Positions 8,130 through 18,156 of a stretch of 28,296 nt of DNA are shown here, in pieces (position 1 is the first letter of the stretch; each line of letters starts with the position of its first letter). Under the pieces are notes generated by a model that saw only the letters and a program-made list of their open reading frames with translations, made no database searches and had not been told where the DNA came from. Source of the DNA: Acaryochloridaceae cyanobacterium VAR_48_metabat_390 (GTDB lineage: Bacteria > Cyanobacteriota > Cyanobacteriia > Thermosynechococcales > Thermosynechococcaceae); assembly GCA_031422435.1 (NCBI GenBank), contig JANPLU010000067.1, forward strand, positions 1 to 28,296. Direction: 5' to 3'. The position numbers and the translations under genes are program-made.

Positions 8130-9164
8130 TTGACTCGATAGGCCCCCTTCGTCTACGGCGTATTTTGTGGACTGGCCCTTGAGAATGATCCCTCGAACCA
8201 GGGATACTTCGGCATCTAGGCTTTTGGCCTGATCTTCGTATTTAGCAGCGGCACTAGGTAGACGGTGGGTTTCCATCTGAACCGACATTTTCCGCAACAA
8301 TGCGACTTTTTCCTCCATTATCCGAGCCGCTGACCAAAGCGCATTTTCAAGATTTTTAGTTTGCTCTAATAAGAACGCATCGCCTGTAAAAGCGTGCCCC
8401 GTATGACAGCGAAACCGGAGCGGCTGCCCTGTGCCAATCTGCCAGATACTACCGTTGCATTCAGGGCAGGTGTAAGTGGTTCGCGTTCCAATGGCTTCTA
8501 CATGCTCTAAAAACTGCTGGGTATTCATTTGCTGTTCCGCAATTCTAGATTCAATTTCTATTTCATTGGTCACAGGGTAGACTTTCTCGTCGGCAGCAAG
8601 TTCTTTTGATAGTTGCACCAGCCGGTCAGGAATGTCTGCAAGTGGCAAGCAATAATCGACATTTACGTACCGCAAGGCACTTTTTGCCATGCTGGGGTAT
8701 TCCGCTTCGTCTGGGTCTTGGACAATCGCCTCTCCCCCCCGTTTCTTAATGGCCTGCAATCCTACTGTGCCATCATCGAGGTAGCCCGTGAGAATCACAC
8801 CCACGACCCTTGACCCATAGGCACGGGCGGCTGAACGAAAGAGCGCATCAATAGAGGGTCGAAATCGATTTTCTTTAGGTCCGTGTACTACGCGCACTAA
8901 GTCTTGATTGACTAAAAGGTGATAATCGGGCGGGGCAATATAGATTTTCCCTTTTTGAATGGGTTCTCCGTCTAAGGCGTGAGAGATAGGTAGAGGACTA
9001 AAATCTGCCAAAATTTGAGGAAGAAGGCTAGGCCTATCGGCTGCGAGGTGCTGAACAATGAGTACAGCAGCCTCAATATCCGCAGGCAGAGCACCCAAAA
9101 TTGCACCTAGTGCTCTAAGTCCACCAGCGGACGTTCCGATCACAATAATGTCGTGTCCAAACAT
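8127..9164 (-). CDS. cheB: CheB-type methylesterase without receiver domain, with C-terminal Cys/His ribbon and coiled coil
   Basis: GTSAGG, VQH, RPSIDALF, LTGYLDDG (Ser-His-Asp triad); CPECNG...FRCHTGH. Confidence 0.9.
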   Translation of the reverse strand: MFGHDIIVIGTSAGGLRALGAILGALPADIEAAVLIVQHLAADRPSLLPQILADFSPLPISHALDGEPIQKGKIYIAPPDYHLLVNQDLVRVVHGPKENRFRPSIDALFRSAARAYGSRVVGVILTGYLDDGTVGLQAIKKRGGEAIVQDPDEAEYPSMAKSALRYVNVDYCLPLADIPDRLVQLSKELAADEKVYPVTNEIEIESRIAEQQMNTQQFLEHVEAIGTRTTYTCPECNGSIWQIGTGQPLRFRCHTGHAFTGDAFLLEQTKNLENALWSAARIMEEKVALLRKMSVQMETHRLPSAAAKYEDQAKSLDAEVSLVRGIILKGQSTKYAVDEGGLSSQ

Positions 9165-9244
9165 AAGTTTCTCTAAAGCCGTGATGGATAAATATTGGCG
9201 TTCCTGAGATTTACTAGCCGTTGGACACTGTCCGCTTCAGTGTT

Positions 9245-11128
9245 TTATGGTTCCGGTATCTGCTCGGCTAAGGGCAGTTCAATCCGGAAGTGAACCTGTC
9301 CAGACGTGTGTTCAACGGTAATGCTACCGCCTAGCTGTTCTGTTTGTTTCTGCACCAGCGCTAGCCCCAATCCAGTTCCCCCTTGATCCCAAGGATCAGA
9401 GTTAGGAATGCGGTAGAACTTGTCAAAAACATGGGTCAGTTCATCGGTAGACATCTCCAAGCTTGTGTTGCTTACCTCCACCTGCATTCGGCTCGATGAA
9501 GCTTGAACTTTAACGGTAATTTGCCCCCTTGAAGGAGTGTATTTACAGGCATTGGTTAATAGCTCTGTCAAAATCCGCTCTATAGTTGCTGGATTTGAAA
9601 CCAAGGCAGGTAAATTTTCAGAGGAGTCTATTTGCAGCGTTTGCTGCCGATCTTGAGCACGCGTGTAAAAGGGCGCAATGATCTGGGGCAGCCAGTCTTG
9701 TAAAAAAATATGCTGCATTACTAAGGCATTTTCGCTTGTCTCAATCCGCTGAAAATCGAGTAAGTCATTAATGAGGTTAATTTCTCGGCTGCATTCTGTA
9801 TCCAGGATCTGAAGATACCGATCAACCGTCCCTGCTTTTTCTGCTTTTGTGGCTTCAGACGCGGTTCGTTCTTGGATAATAGCAATGGGCAACATCCGTG
9901 TTGCCATTCGGATGGTGGCTAAGGGGGAACGAAGCTCGTGGGAAGTGGTGCTTAAAAAACTGTCCTTGAGCAGGTCTAGTTTTTTCATCTCCTGAATTTG
10001 AACCTGCGAGGCTTGGTATAGTCGGGCTTGCCGAATGGCAATAGAACACTGGTTTGTGACCTGCTGTACCAGCCGAATTTCTGGCTCGCTGAAGGCATCC
10101 TGCGACTGCTTGAAAAGCCATAGGTCGCCCAAGATGCCCTCATCACCAGACAGAGGAATGGGACAGACCAGAATAGTATGGCGCAGAGAGCCAACTTCAA
10201 GTTCACAAAACTGAAAATGATCACCGTGCAGAAGCTGGCCGTAGGTTTCGGGTAACGTTGCCATCGAGGTGGACTGACCCAACAATGAAGGGGAAGCAGA
10301 CCCCCCAGGCGTAAACTCATAGCGAACGGTAGAGGTGGCTAAGGCAATATTATAAAGTGCCGTATCACAACAAATAAGGTTCAGTACCAAGGCCAGCTCA
10401 CGGACAGCAGCTTGTAAAATTTGAGCTTCATCTAGGCTGTCTCGCACTTTATCGGTAATACGTTTTAGACCCGCCTCAAAATCAAGCGCTTGCTGTAGTT
10501 CAGCCGTGCGCTCTTGCACTTGACGCTCTAGCTCTGTATTGAGATGTTCTAAGAGCCGCTCAACTTTCTTAGGTTTCGTGGTGTCGCGCAGCAGCCAGCG
10601 TAGGCTGACGATCTGACCCAACCCATTCTGAACCGTTGACATGGTGAGGGCTGCATCAAAACGTGAACGCTGCTGGGAACATAGGTAAATTTCCCAATCT
10701 TTCAGCTTTTCTAGGCGCTGTAGGCGGTCAAGCTTGAGGTGGAATACAGAATGATAATGTGGATCAATAAAAATATACAGCGGCTTGCCGACCATGAAAT
10801 GCTGTGACACCTGGAGCATGGTAGCGATGGCGCGGTTTGCTTCTTGAATTCTGCCCTTCGCATCTGTAACCAAGTAGCCGTCTGGTGCAAACTCAAATAA
10901 CTCTTGGTAACGCTGGCGCTCTGCCTCTACTGCTTGGCGAGTATTCACTAACGCTTCATTTTGGGCACGTAGCTCTTCTTCAGAAGTCTGTAGCTCTTCT
11001 AAAACAGTTTGAAGTGCTTTTAAGGCATGGGAGAGAATAACCCGCTGGGAGTTGGGTAGAGTATTTGCCTGCTCTTGCAGTGCCATTGAGCGTTGATATA
11101 CTGCCTTTAGCTGTGGGGATTGCGTCAT
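9245..11128 (-). CDS. Sensor histidine kinase: coiled coil-PAS-GAF-HisKA-HATPase
   Basis: ELFEFAPDGYLVTD..GRIQEAN (PAS), GAF ending IAIRQARLY, SHELRSPL, ELLTNACKY, FDKFYR, GGTGLGL. Confidence 0.95.
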   Translation of the reverse strand: MTQSPQLKAVYQRSMALQEQANTLPNSQRVILSHALKALQTVLEELQTSEEELRAQNEALVNTRQAVEAERQRYQELFEFAPDGYLVTDAKGRIQEANRAIATMLQVSQHFMVGKPLYIFIDPHYHSVFHLKLDRLQRLEKLKDWEIYLCSQQRSRFDAALTMSTVQNGLGQIVSLRWLLRDTTKPKKVERLLEHLNTELERQVQERTAELQQALDFEAGLKRITDKVRDSLDEAQILQAAVRELALVLNLICCDTALYNIALATSTVRYEFTPGGSASPSLLGQSTSMATLPETYGQLLHGDHFQFCELEVGSLRHTILVCPIPLSGDEGILGDLWLFKQSQDAFSEPEIRLVQQVTNQCSIAIRQARLYQASQVQIQEMKKLDLLKDSFLSTTSHELRSPLATIRMATRMLPIAIIQERTASEATKAEKAGTVDRYLQILDTECSREINLINDLLDFQRIETSENALVMQHIFLQDWLPQIIAPFYTRAQDRQQTLQIDSSENLPALVSNPATIERILTELLTNACKYTPSRGQITVKVQASSSRMQVEVSNTSLEMSTDELTHVFDKFYRIPNSDPWDQGGTGLGLALVQKQTEQLGGSITVEHTSGQVHFRIELPLAEQIPEP

Positions 11129-11407
11129 ACACGTTGACCTTCATTGCTGACTCAGCAGTAATACCTAATACAGCAATCTATGAAATCTGAGCTAGAAATG
11201 CATCTCTCTCTGTGCTGACTTTAGCCCAGCGCTCACTATCAAATTCTGCATCCCGTCAGGTTTTCTGGGGTTATGCCAAAGCGCATAAACATTGCAAGAT
11301 GAGCAACGGTCATTAGCTTAAGTCTCAGACTATTGGTGCTTCATTCGTGGGCAGTCAACAGCGTACAATGTTGCCACATTACAATCAGCCATTTTAGGAG
11401 ATTGCCG

Positions 11408-12079
11408 ATGGCAGGGTTTAGCACTCGCCTATATTGGTTGTTCCAGTCACTCATTGCTTTTATGCCCTATCTGCTGGCGGGTTTGCTGGCGGGAGTGCTC
11501 GTTTTAGCAATGGGGGTTTTTATCGCCCGATTCCTTTGGTGGGAATGGCTGCTGCCTTTTGAAGAGTCATGTTTGTTAACGCTCAAGGCCTGGGCTAATC
11601 CAACCTTAGACCGATATATGACAGCCCTAACCTGGCTAGCGCAAGGTGAAATTACCATTCCTATTCTTCTCTTGATGGGTGGAGTCTTGGTTTATCGCAA
11701 CGAGGCGATCGCAGCCCTAGTTTTGGCGATCGCCCTAAGCGGCTCCTGGCTGCTGAATGGCATCTTTAAGTCCATCTTTCGGCGCAAACGACCTGATTTG
11801 TGGGCATCTTCCAAACGCCCCATGGATTACAGCTACCCTAGTGGACATTCCATGAGTGCCATTTCTTTCTATGGTCTGTTATCAGCGGAGCTGACCCACT
11901 GTCTAAGTATTCCGTTAAGTATCACCGTCCCCTTGGCAGTTGTCATAACCTTGGGGGTAGGCTTTAGTCGGGTGTATTTGGGTATGCATTGGCCCACCGA
12001 TGTCCTAAGTGGATGGATTGCTGGCGGCATCTGGCTAGGAGCGTGCCTGTACGGACTGGTTCAGATTGGCGGAATTTGA
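11408..12079 (+). CDS. PAP2-family membrane lipid phosphatase
   Basis: KSIFRRKRP, YPSGH, SRVYLGMHWPTD; AGGAG at 11396-11400 supports ATG 11408. Confidence 0.92.
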   Translation: MAGFSTRLYWLFQSLIAFMPYLLAGLLAGVLVLAMGVFIARFLWWEWLLPFEESCLLTLKAWANPTLDRYMTALTWLAQGEITIPILLLMGGVLVYRNEAIAALVLAIALSGSWLLNGIFKSIFRRKRPDLWASSKRPMDYSYPSGHSMSAISFYGLLSAELTHCLSIPLSITVPLAVVITLGVGFSRVYLGMHWPTDVLSGWIAGGIWLGACLYGLVQIGGI

Positions 12080-12124
12080 ACTGACCTAAGACGAATGAGC
12101 AGTGGAGAAAAAACGCTGTCAGCC

Positions 12125-13102
12125 TTACGAGAAAACCTCTCTCTCAGGACTTTCAGCTTGCTGCATCAAACTAGCATCTGTACTTTCGTCTGCAAACTTT
12201 GCTAGCAGCTCAGGCGTAGGGACACAAATCCAAAGCGCTCTAGGAATCACTTCGACGGTGACTGGGGTAGTGCCCAAGCACTCTCCATCAGCATGAACAT
12301 CTAACGGCGGATAGCTTCTGACCTCAATCTTAGAGGCTTGATAAGTTTTGAGCCGCTCATGAGGCAGTTGTTCCCCCTGCATGGCAGCAAAGAAGTGGCG
12401 CAGATGATCCAATTTAGAGGGTTTATCAATGTAAATCACGTCCAGCTTGCCATCATTCATTTGGGCCTCAGGCGCTAAGGCAAACTCTACGCCATAGCGA
12501 GGGCTATTGCAGATGTTGACTTGCAAGGTGTGCAGACGACGCATTTGTTTGTTATCGAATCGCAAGACCAGACGATGCGGCTTAAACTGGAGAAAAGTCT
12601 TGACCCCTGAAAAGACGCTTTTGAGGGCAGCTAAATAATTGTTCTTAATTCCTTCTTTAACTTCATCTCCACAAGGAAAAAGCAAGGCTTCTAGACCAAC
12701 ACCAACCACTTCCATAAAGTAGTGATTGTTCGCCTTACCCATATCAAACTGATCCCGTTCCCCCTCTATCAAAGTCTGGATTGCCTGAGTTAAAAGGGTT
12801 GGAATCTTCAAGCTAGCCGCAATGTTATTGCGCGTTCCCAAAGGAATAATGCCTAGCACGGTTTGAGTATGGACTAATCCCCGCGATACGGCTTCTATCG
12901 TGCCGTCACCTCCCGCTACAATTACAAGTTTTGCCCCTGCTTTGGCAGCCGCCGCCGCCAGACCTTCACCATCCTCTTCCGGTGTGGTGGTACAGATTTC
13001 AGCTTGAATGCCCTGAGTTTGCAAAGCATCTGTAAGCTCGTCTATTAACTGAGGATTCTCGACAGGGCCAGAGTTAGGATTGATGATGAGTCGGATATTC
13101 AT
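12125..13102 (-). CDS. Diacylglycerol kinase family lipid kinase (YegS/BmrU-like)
   Basis: INPNSG, AGGDGT, IPLGTRNN, N...YG, DGKLD, DGE. Confidence 0.93.
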   Translation of the reverse strand: MNIRLIINPNSGPVENPQLIDELTDALQTQGIQAEICTTTPEEDGEGLAAAAAKAGAKLVIVAGGDGTIEAVSRGLVHTQTVLGIIPLGTRNNIAASLKIPTLLTQAIQTLIEGERDQFDMGKANNHYFMEVVGVGLEALLFPCGDEVKEGIKNNYLAALKSVFSGVKTFLQFKPHRLVLRFDNKQMRRLHTLQVNICNSPRYGVEFALAPEAQMNDGKLDVIYIDKPSKLDHLRHFFAAMQGEQLPHERLKTYQASKIEVRSYPPLDVHADGECLGTTPVTVEVIPRALWICVPTPELLAKFADESTDASLMQQAESPEREVFS

Positions 13103-13513
13103 CTCTGGCGTTTTCCTAGTGGTTTAGAGTTGAGGACTGTAAAGACGCGGTCTTGAACCTTTCTCATACATACTTCATGATTAAAAGGTCTGCGGATTGC
13201 TATCTATTGTTACGTCTAATCGTTGAGCTAACAGAACTCAACTCTTGAACTATAGCGGTCGGTTTCGCTTTCCCCCTATATCCATAAGCTGATATGCGAG
13301 TGAATGCTGTAGGGGGGGGATAAAGATTTGCCTATACCCTCGTTCCATTTTGGATACAAAGGCTTCTCCCAATCAACCATCGCGGAATCAGCGGCTCTAC
13401 TTTCGCCTATACCTTAGAGATTAAGGTTGCTGAACCCGTTTTGGCATAACTCACGCTTCTAGCTTTCCCATCCTAAGACTTAATCTGAGCGCTTAGAATT
13501 ACGCCCTGAGTTT

Positions 13514-13530
13514 GGCGTTGTTGCATAAGT
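13514..13530 (+). repeat. Solo IS903-like terminal repeat
   Basis: GGCGTTGTTGCATAAGT, exact reverse complement of 382-398. Confidence 0.8.
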
Positions 13531-13753
13531 GGCAGCCAGGCCATCGGCTGCTACCCTCAATAGTCAATCTGTTACTACTGCCACAATGATTCATGCAGGA
13601 GTGGACTTTGACGCGAACAAGAAGATCAAGGGTCGTAAACGTTATCTACTAGCAGATACCTTGGGATTGAGGATTTTGGTCGTGGTCAGCGCAGCGAGTG
13701 TCCCAGAGCACGAAGGAGCCAATTTGGTGTTTGCACTCGTTTTCGTACATTGA
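13531..13753 (+). pseudogene. IS5-family (IS1031-like) transposase internal fragment
   Basis: PSAATLNSQSV...[21 protein letters not shown] is a degenerate DSQSV / [21 protein letters not shown]; first catalytic D appears as N. Confidence 0.85.
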
Positions 13754-14175
13754 TGGAATATAGCTTCACTTCTTACCTACTTTTACGATGCTTTATTGCC
13801 TCTTATTTGACTGCAAACTGCTGTAAGACACCTTGCCATAGCGGCAACTTGAATACTTGTTATCTTCTCTCTCAGAAGAAAGAGATTACTTTAATAATTA
13901 GCGTATTTATTATTTATATCTCTTCAGACAGATTAAAACTGAATTTATCTATGCTCATATTAAGAGTACGAATTGAAGTGTTTTCTAGTTGCGGCATTAC
14001 AGAAGCTAAAAGTATTATTCAAAAAAATTCTGCTGTCATTTCTGGCAATAGATCAGTAATAAACCAAGATTTGAAAACATAACCCTCATAATTAGTGCTG
14101 ACAAGATTGAGGTTGATGCGCTGGATGTAGTTCTTTGACAATTTAAAATTTACGCTAAATCATTAGGAGAAAGTT

Positions 14176-14697
14176 ATGACACAGCTTCCCAATATTCCTC
14201 CTTTTATTGAAAGTAGTGAACAGGAGTATCGTGATAGCGGTATTCCTAGCACGGTTGCGATCGCAGGTCATCCGCTGCATCCCTTAATGGTTACGTTTCC
14301 TATTGCGTTTTTGTCTGGTGCTTTTGGAGCCGATTTAGGGTATTGGCTGACCCAAGACCCTTTTTGGGCACGAGCTGCGTTGTGGCTAATTGGCGCAGGA
14401 TTTATGGCAGGTCTTTTAGCAGCGCTTACCGGAATGCTAGATTTTCTTAAAATTGATCGCGTCAAAAAGCACCGCGCAGGCTGGATTCATATGGTTGGTA
14501 ACGTTACTGCAATGGTTCTGACGTTAGTGAACTGGATACTGCGTTGGAACAATGTAGAAAGTGCTGTTTTGCCTACGGGGTTACTTCTTTCGGCAATCGT
14601 AGCTTCTCTGTTAGCAATCACAGGCTGGTATGGCGCTGAACTGGTCTATCGACACAAAGTTGCGGTCATTGGTGAGGGCGATCGCCATGAGCCATAA
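14176..14697 (+). CDS. DUF2231 domain membrane protein
   Basis: GHPLHPLMVTFPIA, four TM helices, WIH, GWYGAELVYRH; AGGAG at 14165. Confidence 0.88.
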   Translation: MTQLPNIPPFIESSEQEYRDSGIPSTVAIAGHPLHPLMVTFPIAFLSGAFGADLGYWLTQDPFWARAALWLIGAGFMAGLLAALTGMLDFLKIDRVKKHRAGWIHMVGNVTAMVLTLVNWILRWNNVESAVLPTGLLLSAIVASLLAITGWYGAELVYRHKVAVIGEGDRHEP

Positions 14698-14789
14698 CTC
14701 AGCGTTCAGTTGCTCGTGGTTTTTCCATTTATGACTTTTACCAAAGATATCCACCTCGTAACCCTTTAAATTATCTAGCAATTAAACCA

Positions 14790-16484
14790 ATGCAAGAATA
14801 CGACATTGTAATTATTGGAGCAGGTCACAACGGACTTGTTTGTGCTGCATATCTACTTAAAGCAGGCTATAGCGTCTTACTGCTGGAAAGGCGTTCAGTT
14901 CCAGGCGGTGGAGCCACAACGGAAGAATCCATGCCAGAAGAAGCTCCAGGATTTAAGTTTAATCTTTGTGCAATCGACCACGAATTTATTCATTTAGGGC
15001 CTGTTGTTGAAGAATTAGAGCTTGAAAAGTACGGGTTGAAGTATCTGTATTGCGATCCGGTTGTCTTCTGTCCTCATCCTGACGGAAAATACTTTCTAGG
15101 ACATCGCTCCGTTGAGGCAACCTGTGCTGAAATTGCGCGCTACAGCCCTCGCGATGCTGAACGCTATCGAGAATTTATTGACTTTTGGCAACGGCTTTTA
15201 CAGGGCATCATTCCGATTTTTAACGCGCCGCCTAAATCTGTGATTGATATTGCAGGTAACTACGATTTCCAAAAGCTTAAGGATTTGCTGTCGGTTTTAG
15301 GCCCACCTAATAAAACGTTAGATCTGTTTCGGACGCTCTTGAGTAGCGCTGAAGATAACGTAAGTGAGTGGTTTGATTCTGAGTTTCTAAAAGCGCCCCT
15401 CGCTAGGCTTGCATCTGAACTAGGTGCGCCGCCCAGTCAAAAAATGCTGGCGATCGGCGCAATTATGATGGCGATGCGCCACCATCCAGGTATGGCAAGA
15501 CCGGTGGGCGGTACGGGCGCTTTAGTGACGGCTCTGCTGAGTTTAGTCCATAGTTTGGGGGGTAAAGTTCTGACCGATCAGGCCGTTGAAAAGATTTTGA
15601 TTGATGAGGGTCGAGCGGTAGGGGTTCGCGTCAAGGGTGGGACGGAGTATCGGGCTAAATACGGCGTTATTTCAAACATTGATGCGAAGCGTCTGTTCTT
15701 AAATCTGGTGGATAGTGGTGATGTAGACAACGCAGATCCTGCCCTACGGGAGCGGCTAGACCGTCGCATCATCAATAATAATGAGACGATTCTTAAAATT
15801 GACTGCGCTCTATCAGAACCCTTACGGTTTGAGCATCATAATCATCAAGATCAATATTTAATTGGTTCAGTATTGATTGCAGATTCTGTCAAACATGTAG
15901 AGACGGCTCATACTGATCCCGCGATTGGCAAAATTCCTGATTCTGACCCTTCTATGTACGTGGTCATGCCCACTCTACTTGACCCAACAATGGCTCCAGA
16001 AGGAAAGCACACGCTTTGGATTGAGTTTTTTGCCCCTTACCAAATTGAAAACGCGGAAGGCACTGGACTCCACGGAACGGGATGGACCGATGAGTTAAAG
16101 AACAAAGTAGCAGACCGCGTAATCGATAAGCTGGCAGACTATGCCCCTAATGTAAAAAATGCCATCATGGCGCGCCGGGTAGAAAGCCCTGCCGAACTAG
16201 GGGAGCGTTTAGGAGCGCTGAAGGGGAACTACTATCACATTGATATGAGCCTAGAGCAAATGATGTTTTTCCGGCCTTTGCCTGAGTTGGCAAACTATAA
16301 AACGCCCGTTGAAGGTCTGTTTTTAAGTGGTGCAGGCACTCATCCAGGGGGTTCTATTTCTGGGATGCCAGGTCGAAACTGCGCCCGAGCCTTTCTGCAA
16401 ACCCAAAACCCTCTGGCACATGCTGTCAAAGATGCAAAAGACTCTATTCAGTCAACGGTTCGATCCGTTTTTGAAAATTTATAG
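14790..16484 (+). CDS. crtO: Beta-carotene ketolase CrtO (FAD-dependent, phytoene desaturase-like)
   Basis: IIGAGHNGLVCAAYL, FNLCAIDHEFIHLGPV, GAGTHPGGSISGMPGRNCA; 564 aa, as I recall for cyanobacterial CrtO. Confidence 0.88.
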   Translation: MQEYDIVIIGAGHNGLVCAAYLLKAGYSVLLLERRSVPGGGATTEESMPEEAPGFKFNLCAIDHEFIHLGPVVEELELEKYGLKYLYCDPVVFCPHPDGKYFLGHRSVEATCAEIARYSPRDAERYREFIDFWQRLLQGIIPIFNAPPKSVIDIAGNYDFQKLKDLLSVLGPPNKTLDLFRTLLSSAEDNVSEWFDSEFLKAPLARLASELGAPPSQKMLAIGAIMMAMRHHPGMARPVGGTGALVTALLSLVHSLGGKVLTDQAVEKILIDEGRAVGVRVKGGTEYRAKYGVISNIDAKRLFLNLVDSGDVDNADPALRERLDRRIINNNETILKIDCALSEPLRFEHHNHQDQYLIGSVLIADSVKHVETAHTDPAIGKIPDSDPSMYVVMPTLLDPTMAPEGKHTLWIEFFAPYQIENAEGTGLHGTGWTDELKNKVADRVIDKLADYAPNVKNAIMARRVESPAELGERLGALKGNYYHIDMSLEQMMFFRPLPELANYKTPVEGLFLSGAGTHPGGSISGMPGRNCARAFLQTQNPLAHAVKDAKDSIQSTVRSVFENL

Positions 16485-16520
16485 GTTTTTAGCCAAAATC
16501 GCTCTACGAGAAAAAGCATC

Positions 16521-17627
16521 ATGCCAGATAAAGTTTTGATTTTAGGGGGGCGTGGTCGAATTGGCAGTAGTGTTGCGCTAGACCTGCTGACACATACTCA
16601 AGCCCAAGTGACTACTACGGGTCGCTCGAAGGGTTCGGTCGCTTCTCCATTACTGGAGCGGTTCGGTTCTCGGCATCAGTATTCGCCCCTTGAGTTGACG
16701 GACAGTATCGGGTTAGCCACTGCGATCGCACCTGTTGATTTAGTCGTTCACTGCGCGGGGCCTTTTCGACAGCGAGATACCTTAGTTTTAGAAACCTGCA
16801 TTGCTCAAGGCGTTAACTATGTTGATGTGAGCGATGATCGCGTTTTTACCCAGGCTGCTTTAGAAAAGGGTTCTGCCGCTGAGGCTGCTGGCATTACTGC
16901 CGTCATTAATACGGGTGTTTTTCCAGGAATTTCAAACAGCATGGTGCGCCAGGGCATTGAGCAATTCGACACGCCTGAAGAGATTCATATTAGCTATGTG
17001 GTCTCAGGCTCGGGAGGTGCTGGCGTAACGGTTATGCGGACTACGTTTTTAAATATTCAGCACCCGTTTGACGCATGGGTTGACGGTCAATGGCAGCAGG
17101 TTAAACCCTACACGCGTAGAGAAACCATAGAATTTCCAGCCCCGTTTGGGCAGGCAGATGTGTATTGGTTTGATATGCCAGAATCTTTTACCCTCACCCA
17201 AACGTTTCCGGTCAAGACTGTAACCACTAAATTTGGCACTTTTCCTGATTTCTATAACAAACTGACCTGGATGACCGCTCACTGGTTTCCTAGGCGTTTG
17301 ATGCAGCAACCGCAGTTTATTGAAGCGTTAGCCCACATCAGCCATCGTATGACAAGCGTAACAGATCGCTTCAGCGGCGTAGGGGTTGCAATGCGCGTCG
17401 GTATTATGGGTCAAAAACAGGGCAAAGCAGCACACTATACTTCTAGTTTTGTGCATGATAGCGCTGCGATCGCCACTGGTTTAGGAGCAGGTAGCGTGAG
17501 TCAATTTGTATTGACAGGACAAATTAAGAAGCCAGGGGTATGGCCGATTGAACAGGCCGTTACAACGCCTCTTTTTGAAAAGATACTAGAAAGTAGAAAA
17601 CTCTCGGTTCATCAAAGCTGGCATTAA
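16521..17627 (+). CDS. Saccharopine dehydrogenase-like NAD(P)-binding oxidoreductase
   Basis: ILGGRGRIG, VVHCAGPF, GVNYVDVSD, TGVFPGISN. Confidence 0.88.
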   Translation: MPDKVLILGGRGRIGSSVALDLLTHTQAQVTTTGRSKGSVASPLLERFGSRHQYSPLELTDSIGLATAIAPVDLVVHCAGPFRQRDTLVLETCIAQGVNYVDVSDDRVFTQAALEKGSAAEAAGITAVINTGVFPGISNSMVRQGIEQFDTPEEIHISYVVSGSGGAGVTVMRTTFLNIQHPFDAWVDGQWQQVKPYTRRETIEFPAPFGQADVYWFDMPESFTLTQTFPVKTVTTKFGTFPDFYNKLTWMTAHWFPRRLMQQPQFIEALAHISHRMTSVTDRFSGVGVAMRVGIMGQKQGKAAHYTSSFVHDSAAIATGLGAGSVSQFVLTGQIKKPGVWPIEQAVTTPLFEKILESRKLSVHQSWH

Positions 17628-17781
17628 ATTCCTATTTTATAGGTTTATATTGGATCTATCTTTTGATAGAAGGTTGCCAATAAAACAAATGGTAAGTTAA
17701 TTTTTAAGGTTTGTAGAATATCTCTAAAATCTAAAACCTTGAAAATTAAATTATGTTGTTGGCATCAAAAAGGAATACATT

Positions 17782-18069
17782 GTGAAAAAAATATTTAGAG
17801 CTACAGTCAATCTATGTATTAAAAGCTTCTGGATTTTAAGCTTAACTAGCTTAATCTTTGCAGCAGGTTTACTTGCGCCGCAGTATGGATATGCAGAATC
17901 CGAAACGGCTAAGTCTGAAGAAATTATTCAGCCGCTCGAATTAACAAAGCCAGCAGAAACTCGTGAAGAAGCTTATGAAGAAGTTGCTAAGCTAACGGAA
18001 AATCCTAAAGAACTCGTTAAAGCTCAAAATAAAGAAGAGAAGGCTCAAGAAAAAGTTCTAAAAAAATAG
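17782..18069 (+). CDS. Small exported hypothetical protein, Glu/Lys-rich
   Basis: Signal-like N-terminus ending GYA, charged helical remainder; AGGA upstream. Confidence 0.65.
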   Translation: MKKIFRATVNLCIKSFWILSLTSLIFAAGLLAPQYGYAESETAKSEEIIQPLELTKPAETREEAYEEVAKLTENPKELVKAQNKEEKAQEKVLKK

Positions 18070-18077
18070 TAACAATT

Positions 18078-18116
18078 TAAGCCTATAAGCAATGGAAAAG
18101 CATACTTATAGGCTTA
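18078..18116. terminator. Hairpin between convergent genes
   Basis: TAAGCCTATAAG-N15-CTTATAGGCTTA. Confidence 0.65.
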
Positions 18117-18156
18117 CATTAAATAGGGTTAGAATTGAGAGCATATTCAAAGTTAT

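Noticed and set aside
13250..13513. Possible further IS remnant (CTATAGCGGT end, G8 run, AKVEPLIP-like peptide on minus strand)
   Set aside because: Multiple stops and no partner IR; similarity too weak to call
13750..14082. 110-aa ORF
   Set aside because: AT-rich promoter region with a non-protein-like composition
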